Assembly: GCA_963704165.1 (NCBI GenBank) | Contig: CAVPHD010000005.1 | Location: 1-64,000 of the forward strand | Source: an uncultured delta proteobacterium | Lineage (GTDB): Bacteria; Myxococcota_A; UBA9160; SZUA-336 | Direction of reading: 5' to 3' | DNA length: 64,000 bases | Part shown: positions 55,882 to 64,000 of the stretch, in pieces | Layout of the letters: each line of letters begins with the position of its first letter | Numbering within the stretch: the stretch's first letter is position 1 | Translations under genes and position numbers: made by a program | The notes under the pieces: model-generated | What the model was told of the DNA's origin: nothing | Databases searched by the model: none | The model's input: only the letters and a program-made list of their open reading frames with translations

Positions 55882-57219
55882 ATGCTCCGAGAGGTGACGG
55901 TTCAGGTCCTGTGCACGATGACGGTGCTCGGCTGCGCCGGCTTCGCGCACGTCGATGCCCATCCGTCACCCGCCGCTTCGCGCGAGGTGCCGGACGCACC
56001 GGTCGCGGCTCCGATCTTGCTTCGCGGCGCCACCGTCATGACCGCGGCCGGTTCGACGCTCGAGCGCGGCGACGTGCTGGTCGAGAACGGCCGCATCAGC
56101 GCCGTAGGCACCGCACTGGTCGCGAAGCCGGGAGTCGCGGTGGTCGATGCATCCGGGCGCTGGATCACGCCGGGGATCATCGACCCCCACTCCCACCTCG
56201 GTGTCTACTCGATGCCCGCGACGCCCTCGAACGCGGACGGGAACGAGATGACCGGGCCGTTCAAACCGGACCTCCGTGCCGAGCACTCGTTCTGGCCGCA
56301 GGATCCCGCGATCGAGCGCGCGCTCGCCGGTGGAGTGACGACGATCCACGTGCTGCCCGGCTCGGCGAATCTGGTCGGCGGGCAGGGAGTGACCTTGCGA
56401 CTCGTTCCGGCGCTCTCCGCGCGCGAGATGCGCAGGCCCGACGCTCCGCCGACGATGAAGCTCGCCTGCGGCGAGAATCCGATCCGCCTCTACGGCCAGG
56501 CCAAGGGCGCCGAGCCCCAGACGCGCATGGCCGAGGTCGCCCTGCTGCGTCAGAAGCTCGAGAACGCGCGCGCCTACAAACTCGAACCGGGAAAGGCGCG
56601 CGACTTCGCGACCGATGCGCTCGCGCAGGTCTTGCGCGGAGAGATCCTGGTGCAGAATCACTGCTACCGCGCGGACGAGATGCTCGTTCGCCTCGACCTC
56701 TTCGCCGAGTTCGGCATCGCGCCGCGCGCGTTTCACCACGCGGTCGAGGCCTACAAGATCCGCGACCGACTCGCCCAGGCCGGCGTCGGCGCGGTCGTCT
56801 GGGCCGATTGGGGAGGTCTCAAGATGGAGCTCGTCGATGCCGTGCCCGCGAACGCGGCGCTGCTCGACGAAGCCGGCGTGCGCGTCGCGCTCCACTCGGA
56901 TTCTCCCTACGACATCCAGCGCATGAACCAGGAAGCGGCCAAGGCGATGGCCGCCGGCCGACGGGCAGGTCTTTCGGTCGAGCGCGAGGCCGCACTCCGC
57001 TGGATCACGGCGAATCCCGCCTGGATCCTCGGCATCGATGCGCGCGTGGGAACGCTCGAACCCGGCAAGGATGCGGATCTCGTGATCTGGTCGGCGGATC
57101 CCTTCTCGGTGTACGCGCACGCCGACCAGGTCTTCGTCGCGGGCCAGCTCGTGTACGACCGCGAGAATCCCGGACCGCCGCGCTCCGACTTCGAGCTCGG
57201 TCTGCGAGGTGCGAAGTGA
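55882..57219 (+). CDS. secreted amidohydrolase-family protein (HutI-like), first of a pair
   Basis: TPGIIDPHSHLG, MKLACGENP, HCYRADE, HHAVEAYK, HSDS, GKDADLVIW. Confidence 0.88.
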   Translation: MLREVTVQVLCTMTVLGCAGFAHVDAHPSPAASREVPDAPVAAPILLRGATVMTAAGSTLERGDVLVENGRISAVGTALVAKPGVAVVDASGRWITPGIIDPHSHLGVYSMPATPSNADGNEMTGPFKPDLRAEHSFWPQDPAIERALAGGVTTIHVLPGSANLVGGQGVTLRLVPALSAREMRRPDAPPTMKLACGENPIRLYGQAKGAEPQTRMAEVALLRQKLENARAYKLEPGKARDFATDALAQVLRGEILVQNHCYRADEMLVRLDLFAEFGIAPRAFHHAVEAYKIRDRLAQAGVGAVVWADWGGLKMELVDAVPANAALLDEAGVRVALHSDSPYDIQRMNQEAAKAMAAGRRAGLSVEREAALRWITANPAWILGIDARVGTLEPGKDADLVIWSADPFSVYAHADQVFVAGQLVYDRENPGPPRSDFELGLRGAK

Positions 57220-58412
57220 AGTCGCTCGCCATGGCGATCGCGCTCGTCGGAGCCACCGTCTACACCGGAGACGGGCCACCGCTCGAGAACGCGACGATCG
57301 TGATCGACGGCGCGCGCGTGCACAGCGTCGGCACGAAGGTGCGCGCACCGGAGGGCGCGCGCGTGATCGACGTCACGGGCCAGGTGATCACGCCGGGTCT
57401 GGTCGCGGTGGGCACGCGGATCGGCACGCTCGACGTCGAGCTCGAAGCGTCGAGCGTCGAGGCGACGCTTCCCGCGTCGGCCGATCCGGTTCGCGCCGCG
57501 TTGCGCGCGGCGGACAGCTTCAATCCCGCGTCGTTCACGGTGCCGATCGCACGCGCGGGCGGCATCACGTCGGCGCTCGTCATGCCCGACGGCGGCCAGA
57601 TCTCGGGCCAGGCGGCGTGGGTCGATCTCGCGGGGAAGGAGTGGCTCCGGCGCGGGTCGGCGGCGCTTCGGATCGCGATCGGAGCACCGAACGGCGCGTC
57701 CGGTCCGCCGCTCGCGGGCGCGCGCGCCTCGTCGTTCCTGCGACTGCGCGAAACACTGACCGACACGCGCTTGTACCGCGGGAACCGCGGGCCGTATCTG
57801 ACGAACAAGCTGCGCCAGCTCTCGATCTCCTCCGCCGATCTCGACGTGCTCGATCGCGTGCTCGCGCGCGAGCTGATCGTGGCCATCGACGTGGACCGCG
57901 CCTCCGACATCGAGACCGTGATCGAGATCGCCGAGGAGTACTCGCTCCGTGTGGTGATCGTCGGAGGCGCCGAGGCCTGGCTCGTCGCCGGCGGGCTCGC
58001 GCGCGCCGGGATCCCGGTCGCGCTCGACGCGTTCGCCGATCTGCCCTCGAGCTTCAGCGCGCTGCGCAGCCGACCCGACTCCGCAGCGCTTCTGCAGAAG
58101 GCGGGCGTGCGCGTGATCCTCGCGGATCTCGGCAGTCCTCACTTCGCGCACCGGCTGCGCCAGTCCGCGGGAAACGCCGTCGCATCCGGCATGAAATACG
58201 ACGAGGCGATCGCGTCGATCACGCGCGTGCCGGCCGAGGTCTTCGGCATTCCCGACACCGGAACGATCCGCGCCGGATCGATCGCGAATCTCGTGGTCTG
58301 GAACGGCGACCCGCTCGAGGTCACGACCTGGGCCGAGCGCATGTGGATCCGTGGACAGGAAGTACCGCTCGAAACCCGCCAGGATCTGCTGACGCGCCGC
58401 TACCGTCGCTAG
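57216..58412 (+). CDS. amidohydrolase-fold protein lacking the HxH metal motif, second of a pair
   Basis: ITPGLVAVGTRIG replaces PG.ID.H.H; GAEAW, ANLVVWNGDPLE; GTGA overlap with the first gene. Confidence 0.82.
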   Translation: MKSLAMAIALVGATVYTGDGPPLENATIVIDGARVHSVGTKVRAPEGARVIDVTGQVITPGLVAVGTRIGTLDVELEASSVEATLPASADPVRAALRAADSFNPASFTVPIARAGGITSALVMPDGGQISGQAAWVDLAGKEWLRRGSAALRIAIGAPNGASGPPLAGARASSFLRLRETLTDTRLYRGNRGPYLTNKLRQLSISSADLDVLDRVLARELIVAIDVDRASDIETVIEIAEEYSLRVVIVGGAEAWLVAGGLARAGIPVALDAFADLPSSFSALRSRPDSAALLQKAGVRVILADLGSPHFAHRLRQSAGNAVASGMKYDEAIASITRVPAEVFGIPDTGTIRAGSIANLVVWNGDPLEVTTWAERMWIRGQEVPLETRQDLLTRRYRR

Positions 58413-58421
58413 CGTCGGGCG

Positions 58422-59642
58422 CTACTCGCGCAGGATTCCGTCGCGGACGAGCGCGTCGATCCGCTCGCGCGAGTACCCGAGCGAGCCGAGCAGCTCGCGG
58501 CCGTGCTCGCCGATCTCCGGGGCGCGCGTGGCCGGTCGCTTCTCGGCCCCGTCGAGGTGGATCGGGCTGTCGACGGTGCGCAGACCCGGGCGCACGCCCG
58601 GCCCGACGACGGGGCGGAACACGCCGTTCGCTTCCAGCTGCGGATCGTCCGGCAGGTCGTCGATCCGCGCGATGATCCCGAACGTGACGCCGTATCGATC
58701 GAGCTCGGCGCGCCAGTGGGCGATCGGCTTCGACGCGAAGATCGGATCCAGGATCTCGACGAGCGCCGGCGCATGGGCACGCCGGTTGGAGAGCTCGGCG
58801 AAGCGCGGATCCTCGCGCAGTTCCGGCTTTCCGACGGCGTCGGTGAAGCGCGACCACTCGACCGCCTCCTGCACCATCGCGAGGTACAAGCCGCGGCCGT
58901 CCGCGCAGACGTAGCTGTTCACCAGCGCGTTCAGCGTCTTCGCGCGCGGTGGAACCGCATAGGTCGTTCCACCGCAGAGCGCGGCCTGAATCAGGATCGA
59001 GTTCGACCACGCGCCGTTCGCGACGAGCGACGTGCGCACGCGCCGGCCCTTTCCCGTCCGCTCGCGGTCGAAGAGCGCGAGCGCGATCGCGCCGAAGAGC
59101 GCGGAGGCGCCCGGGTGATCACCCATTCCGGCCGTGGCGAACGCGAAGTCCCCGTCCTGCGCGCGGACCGCGTCCATCAGACCCGATCGCGCCCACCAGG
59201 CGGTCGCGTCGTAGCCGGGCTTCTCGACCTCCGTTCCCCGGTCACCGTAGCCGGTCGCGTGCGCGTAGATCAGGCGTGGATTCTCGGCGGCGACGTCCTC
59301 GTAGCGCATGCCGAGCTTCTCGAGCACCGACGGGTGGAGATTGGTGATGAAGACGTCCGCGCCACGGACCAGGTCGAGCGCGACCGCGCGGCCCGCTTCG
59401 CGCCGCACGTCGAGCGCGATCGACTTCTTGCCGCGCGAGGTCAGGATCCAGCAGTAGTTCTCCTCGCATTCGGGCAGGGGTCGTAGCTGAGTCAGGTAGC
59501 GGTAGGCGTCGCCCGTCTGCGGGTGCTCGATGTGCACGACGTCGGCGCCGAAGTCGCCGAGAATCGTGCCGGCCGCGGGGCCGAAGACGAAGGTCGCGAG
59601 CTCGACGACGCGAATTCCGTCGAGCAGATACTTCTCACTCAT
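58422..59642 (-). CDS. CaiB/BaiF family III CoA-transferase
   Basis: LDGIRVVEL..FVFGP, GADVVHIE, GKKSIALD, NPRLIYAHATGYG, GYD, GMGD, APEIGEH; GGAGG RBS. Confidence 0.93.
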   Translation of the reverse strand: MSEKYLLDGIRVVELATFVFGPAAGTILGDFGADVVHIEHPQTGDAYRYLTQLRPLPECEENYCWILTSRGKKSIALDVRREAGRAVALDLVRGADVFITNLHPSVLEKLGMRYEDVAAENPRLIYAHATGYGDRGTEVEKPGYDATAWWARSGLMDAVRAQDGDFAFATAGMGDHPGASALFGAIALALFDRERTGKGRRVRTSLVANGAWSNSILIQAALCGGTTYAVPPRAKTLNALVNSYVCADGRGLYLAMVQEAVEWSRFTDAVGKPELREDPRFAELSNRRAHAPALVEILDPIFASKPIAHWRAELDRYGVTFGIIARIDDLPDDPQLEANGVFRPVVGPGVRPGLRTVDSPIHLDGAEKRPATRAPEIGEHGRELLGSLGYSRERIDALVRDGILRE

Positions 59643-59772
59643 GGTGTTTCCTCCCATCGGGGTGGGTGCGAGCCGAGCCGGGCGGCGGGACGGGCGAAGT
59701 GCGCGGGCGTCGCCGAGAGCTCCGCCGCGTGGCGCACACCTCGAATCCGCCCCAGCGTTTCTTGCGCGGAAC

Positions 59773-60654
59773 TCATGCGCGCAGGAACCCGCCGAGAACC
59801 TCGAGGAACTTCTCGAGCTGATCGTGGTGCACCCAGTGCCCGGCCTTCTCGACGTTCACGACCGTCGCATTCGAGAAGAACTTCGCCCGACCGTCGAGAT
59901 CGGGATCGCTCGCCCAGCTCTCGCTCCCGCGCACGAGCAGCGTCGGGCAGGTGATGCGGCTCCAGAGATCGCGCGCCTCGTCGGCGTTGAACGAGTACGG
60001 AGAGAACGCGCGGACGTAGTTGTCGAACTTCCAGCTGTACGTGCCGTCCTCGTTCTGGTTCACGCCGTGCACCGTCAGATGGCGCGCCTGCTCGTCCGAC
60101 AGGTGGGAGTTCTCGCTGTGCATGCGCGCGAACGCCTCCTCGATCGAGCCGTACCTGCGAGGTGACCGGCCGGAGAGCGCACGCATCGAGTCGATCCACT
60201 CCTTCATCCGCTCGTGAATCCGCAGCTTTGCGCGTGCGGCGATCATCGCGGGCGGCGGGCCCAGCCCCTCGATCGCCACCAGCTTCGAGACGCTCTCGGG
60301 GTAGATGCCGGTGTACGACAGACTGATCGATCCGCCGAGCGAGTGCGCCACGATCGTGACCGGCGCGAGCTTCTTCTGGTGGATCAGCTGCGCCAGATCG
60401 TAGACGTAGTCGACCATCCCGTAGTTCGCGCCAGTGACCCAGGCCGAGTCGCCGTGACCCCGAAGGTCGGGCGCGAGGATGTGCCAGTCGTGGCGCAGCC
60501 GTTCGGCGACCCAGTCCCAGTTCCGGCAGTGGTCACGCCCGCCGTGGACGAGCAGGAGCGGTGGCGCGCTTTCGTTGCCCCAGTCCACGTAGTGCAGCCG
60601 CAGCCGGTGCGACCAGAAGTAGCGCGAGGTCGGTCCGAGGAACTCTCGTGTCAT
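59773..60654 (-). CDS. alpha/beta hydrolase
   Basis: LVHGG, DLRGHGDS, AHSLGG nucleophile elbow, AGHWVHHD. Confidence 0.92.
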   Translation of the reverse strand: MTREFLGPTSRYFWSHRLRLHYVDWGNESAPPLLLVHGGRDHCRNWDWVAERLRHDWHILAPDLRGHGDSAWVTGANYGMVDYVYDLAQLIHQKKLAPVTIVAHSLGGSISLSYTGIYPESVSKLVAIEGLGPPPAMIAARAKLRIHERMKEWIDSMRALSGRSPRRYGSIEEAFARMHSENSHLSDEQARHLTVHGVNQNEDGTYSWKFDNYVRAFSPYSFNADEARDLWSRITCPTLLVRGSESWASDPDLDGRAKFFSNATVVNVEKAGHWVHHDQLEKFLEVLGGFLRA

Positions 60655-60698
60655 GCCGGCATGATGGCAGGCCCGCGTCGATCGGGTAAAGATCAGCC

Positions 60699-62102
60699 AT
60701 GGCCAAGCACGGATCGCGCGTTTCGGGTCGGCTCTCGCGTGCGGACCTCGAAGAGCTGGTGCACAACGGCGAGATCGAGACCGTCGTCACGGTGGTCCCC
60801 GACATGTACGGGCGCTTGATCGGAAAGCGCATCACCGGTCAGTTCTTCCTGGACGAGACCGCCGATCAGGGCATGCACGTCTGCGACTACCTGCTCGCCT
60901 GCGACATGGAGATGGACCCGGTGCAGGGCTACGCCTTCACGTCCTGGGAGAAGGGCTACGGCGACGTGCTGTGCAGGATCGACTGGGCGACGTTGCGGCG
61001 CGCGGACTGGCTCGAGAAGAGCGCGATCGTGATCTGCGACGTCTTCGACGAGCGGACCGGCGCACCGGTCGCCGTCGCACCGCGGACGATGCTCCGAAAG
61101 CAGCTCGAGCGCGCGCGGTCCCTCGGCTTTCTGGCGATGGGCGCCTCGGAACTCGAGTTCTTCGCCTTCCGGGAGAGCTACGCGAGCGCGAGCGCGAAGG
61201 GCTTCGACAAGCTCACCACGTTCGGCGAGTACGTCGAGGACTACCACATCCTTCAGGGAACGAAGACGGAGCCGCTCGTCGGCGCGATCCGCCGCCACCT
61301 CGAGGCGTCGGGCGTGCCGGTCGAGTTCAGCAAGGGCGAGTGGGGACCGGGGCAGCAGGAGATCAACCTGCGTTACTGCGAGCTGCTCGAGATGGCCGAC
61401 CGGCACGTGATCTACAAGAACGCGGCGAAGGAGATCGCAGCGTCGCTCGGGCTCGCGATCACGTTCATGGCGAAGTGGGACGCGGCGATGGCGGGCAACA
61501 GCATGCACGTGCACACGAGCTTGTGGGACGCGACCCACGAGAAGAACGTCTTCGCGGGCGACGACCCGCTTCCCGGCAGCTCCATGCGCGCCTCGAAGAC
61601 GTTTCGATTCTGGCTCGGCGGCCTGCTCGCACACGCGCGCGAGATCGCGCTCTTTCTCGCGCCCACCGTGAACAGCTACAAGCGTTTCATGGAGGGCACG
61701 TTCGCGCCGACCGCGATCGCCTGGGCCGCCGACAATCGCACCTCGGGCTTTCGGATCGTCGGCCACGGCTCGTCGCTGCGCAGCGAGTGCCGGATTCCCG
61801 GCGCGGACGCGAATCCCTACGTGGCGTTCGCTCTTCTCATCGCCGCCGGCCTCGACGGCATCGAGCGCAAGCTCGAGCCGCCGGCGATGCTGTCGGGGAA
61901 TCTCTACGCCGCGAAGGACGTCCCGAAGATTCCGCGCACGCTCGGCGATGCGATCGCGGCGGCGGAGTCCTCGACGTTCGTCCGCCAGGCGCTCGGCGAC
62001 GACGTACTCGAGCACTACCTGCACTTCGCGCGCGTCGAGAAATCCAAGTTCGAGAACACGGTCACGACCTGGGAACGCGCGCGCTACTTCGAGCGGATCT
62101 GA
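60699..62102 (+). CDS. glutamine-synthetase-family gamma-glutamyl ligase (GlnA4/PuuA-like)
   Basis: DMYGRLIGKR, YLLACDMEM...SWEKGYGD, ELEFF, GEWGPGQQEIN, TFMAK, HVHTSL, NSYKR, DNRT, ECRIPGADANPY. Confidence 0.9.
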   Translation: MAKHGSRVSGRLSRADLEELVHNGEIETVVTVVPDMYGRLIGKRITGQFFLDETADQGMHVCDYLLACDMEMDPVQGYAFTSWEKGYGDVLCRIDWATLRRADWLEKSAIVICDVFDERTGAPVAVAPRTMLRKQLERARSLGFLAMGASELEFFAFRESYASASAKGFDKLTTFGEYVEDYHILQGTKTEPLVGAIRRHLEASGVPVEFSKGEWGPGQQEINLRYCELLEMADRHVIYKNAAKEIAASLGLAITFMAKWDAAMAGNSMHVHTSLWDATHEKNVFAGDDPLPGSSMRASKTFRFWLGGLLAHAREIALFLAPTVNSYKRFMEGTFAPTAIAWAADNRTSGFRIVGHGSSLRSECRIPGADANPYVAFALLIAAGLDGIERKLEPPAMLSGNLYAAKDVPKIPRTLGDAIAAAESSTFVRQALGDDVLEHYLHFARVEKSKFENTVTTWERARYFERI

Positions 62103-62816
62103 TGCGGCCGAGAATCGGGATCACCACCTACGGACCCGACGGAGAGCGGAACTCGTTCTCGCTGCCGCGGCACTACTCCGACTCCGTCGCGGCCGCGGGG
62201 GGAATGCCGGTTCTGCTCGTCTCGGGCTCGGTCTCGGCCGAGGAGGTGCTCGACTCGATCGATGCGCTGATCGTCGCGGGCGGCGGCGACATCTCGCCGG
62301 AGTCCTACGGCGGCTCGGGCCACGAGACCATCTACAGCGTGAACCCCACGCGTGATTCGTTCGAGATGTCGCTCCTGCGCCACGCGCTCGAGGATTCCGA
62401 GCTGCCGGTGCTCGGGATCTGTCGCGGCATGCAGATGATGAACATCGTGCTCGGCGGCGACCTCGAGCCGCACCTGCCCGACGTCTATGGCGAGTCGGTC
62501 CTGCACCGGCTTCCACCCCGCGAGCCGACGACGCACGGCGTCCGTGCCGAGCGATCGGGACTGCTTCGCCGAGATCTTTCCGGACACCGAGTTCCCGGTC
62601 TGCTCGTGGCACCATCAGGGCCTGCGAAAGCTCGGCGCGGGTCTGCAGGTCAAGGCGCATGCACCGGACGGTGTCGTCGAAGGCGTGGTCTTCGACTCGC
62701 ATCCCTTCGCGATCGGTGTGCAGTGGCATCCCGAGATGCAGGCGCTCGAAGACGTGCGGCAGCTTCGCGTATTCGCGGCGCTCGTCGATCGCGCCCGCGC
62801 GCGCCGCTTCCCGTGA
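62102..62816 (+). CDS. gamma-glutamyl-gamma-aminobutyrate hydrolase-like (peptidase C26, PuuD-like); one frameshift near 62566
   Basis: RPRIGIT, GGGDI, RDSFE, LGICRGMQ in one frame; CSWHHQG, APDGVVE, GVQWHPE in the next. Confidence 0.85.
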
Positions 62817-63709
62817 CGGAATCCGAGGGAACCGTCCTCACGGTCACGCGCGGCGGCTGCGACGTGGTGCACGCGGAGCAGGTGGTCCACTTGCAGCTCG
62901 TCGGCAAACACTCGCACCGCGAGACCTCGCTCGCGGTCGGAGATCGCGTCAGCTTCGACCCGGTGCGTCGGATCGTGATCGACGTGCGGCCGCGGCGCAC
63001 GAAGCTGTCGCGCCAGCGCAGCTTCGGAAGACAGCGCGAGCAGGTGCTCGCCGCGAATGCGGATCGTCTCGCGATCGTCGCGTCCGTTTCGAGCCCGCCG
63101 TTCCGGTCGGGCGCGGTGGACCGCTTTCTCCTCGCCGCGCATCTCGGCGGGCTCGAAGCGGTCCTGGTGGTGAACAAGCTCGACTTGCTCGCGACCGGCG
63201 AGCCGCTCTCCGACGAGATCCGCGCGTACGAATCGGTCGTCGAGGTGTTTCCGGTCTCGGCCGAGAACGGCGTGGGCCTCGAGCGCTTCCGCGCGAAGCT
63301 CGCGAACAGCACGACCGTCCTTGCCGGTCATTCCGGCGTCGGGAAATCGTCGTTGATCAACGCGCTCGAGCCCGAGCTCCGGCTCGTGACCGGTGAGATC
63401 AGCAAGTGGGACCGAGGCTCGCACACCACCTCGGCCTCGACGTGGATCCGTCTCGCCGGTGGCGCCGTGGTGATCGACACCCCGGGCGTACGAGAGATCG
63501 GAAGCGGGCCGATCGATCGGAGCGCGCTCGGTCCCGTGTACCCCGAGATCGAGCTGCGCTCCGCGGACTGCCGCTTCCGCGACTGCCGGCACCGGACCGA
63601 ACCGCGCTGCGCCGTACGCGCGGCCGTCGAAGCGGGCGAGCTCAGCGCCGCACGCCTCTCGAACTACCACCGGCTGCTCGACGAGGTCGATTCGCACCCG
63701 AACGCCTGA
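62813..63709 (+). CDS. rsgA: ribosome small-subunit-dependent GTPase A
   Basis: AVGDRV, NKLDL, GHSGVGKSSLIN, GSHTT, IDTPGVRE, zinc finger CRFRDCRHRTEPRC. Confidence 0.95.
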   Translation: MTESEGTVLTVTRGGCDVVHAEQVVHLQLVGKHSHRETSLAVGDRVSFDPVRRIVIDVRPRRTKLSRQRSFGRQREQVLAANADRLAIVASVSSPPFRSGAVDRFLLAAHLGGLEAVLVVNKLDLLATGEPLSDEIRAYESVVEVFPVSAENGVGLERFRAKLANSTTVLAGHSGVGKSSLINALEPELRLVTGEISKWDRGSHTTSASTWIRLAGGAVVIDTPGVREIGSGPIDRSALGPVYPEIELRSADCRFRDCRHRTEPRCAVRAAVEAGELSAARLSNYHRLLDEVDSHPNA

Positions 63710-63715
63710 CGCGGA

Positions 63716-64000
63716 TCAGCTCCGTGCGGCGTCGCGGAGCGCGAGTGCGAGCAACGTCGAGGTTCCGATCGCGAACGCGATCGCGACCTGCTGCGCGCTC
63801 TGGAGCGGGAGCACGACGTTGAGCGGGGACTGCGCGAGCAGCAGCAGCACCGCGACCGAGAGCACGCGCCGGCGCGGAGATGCGTCCGGGCGGAGGAAAT
63901 GCAGCAGGAGCGGAAGCGCCAGCAGGAAGTAGTGGTCCCACGCGATCTGCACCGAGATCAGCGGGACGACGCAGCCGGCGCCGACCGCCAGGACGTCGTC
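63716..64000 (-). CDS. C-terminal part of a polytopic membrane protein, possibly GT87/DUF2029-type glycosyltransferase (partial)
   Basis: Open from the window edge; LISVQIAWDHYFLLALP resembles the S...W.HY motif; hydrophobic. Confidence 0.5.
   Translation of the reverse strand, partial: DDVLAVGAGCVVPLISVQIAWDHYFLLALPLLLHFLRPDASPRRRVLSVAVLLLLAQSPLNVVLPLQSAQQVAIAFAIGTSTLLALALRDAARS

Noticed and set aside
59655..59770. 11-bp GC-rich stem upstream of the CoA-transferase
   Set aside because: No U-tract, uORF or recognisable motif; expected by chance at this GC content.
60971..63709. Apparent 912-aa fusion ending in RsgA
   Set aside because: Chimera of an off-frame GS segment, the C26 N-terminus and RsgA caused by the indel near 62566; the C26 catalytic HPE lies in another frame.

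Overview
High-GC (roughly 70% by eye) bacterial chromosomal window, densely coding, with no rRNA, tRNA, CRISPR array, integrase or transposase that I can recognise. Gene content is compatible with an uncultured Myxococcota/deltaproteobacterial-type organism (inference only). About 55 genes in order: RIO-type kinase, PAS histidine kinase, TMTC-like TPR membrane protein, argG, an OmpR/HK + LTA-synthase-family + PAP2 envelope module, a trehalose operon (GH15, OtsAB fusion, SSF), a stand-alone A-carrier-TE enzyme coupled to a deaminase-like amidohydrolase, a redox/detox run containing a UGA-recoded selenoprotein with SECIS, a DAACS + radical-SAM aminomutase + aminotransferase + cation/H+ antiporter unit, DUF4398/OmpA + Crp, mgtE, TetR/SDR/GST/AKR, two sulfatases, a cation-chloride cotransporter homologue, frameshifted fadE, paired amidohydrolases, a gamma-glutamylation pair and rsgA. 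Best candidates for something new: (1) a leader-peptide attenuator (uORF MAARLVGYSCSRPRRTR plus mutually exclusive hairpins and a terminator) in front of the RIO kinase; (2) the oxalyl-CoA-ligase-like A-T-TE enzyme with a cysteine-nucleophile TE and its coupled deaminase; (3) the WASW-U-GC selenoprotein that the ORF track splits in two; (4) the aminomutase/aminotransferase unit; (5) a Crp with a CooA-type recognition helix and a matching box. Eight single-base frameshifts at 49-53 kb look like consensus errors. All family calls are from motif recognition by eye; no searches were run.
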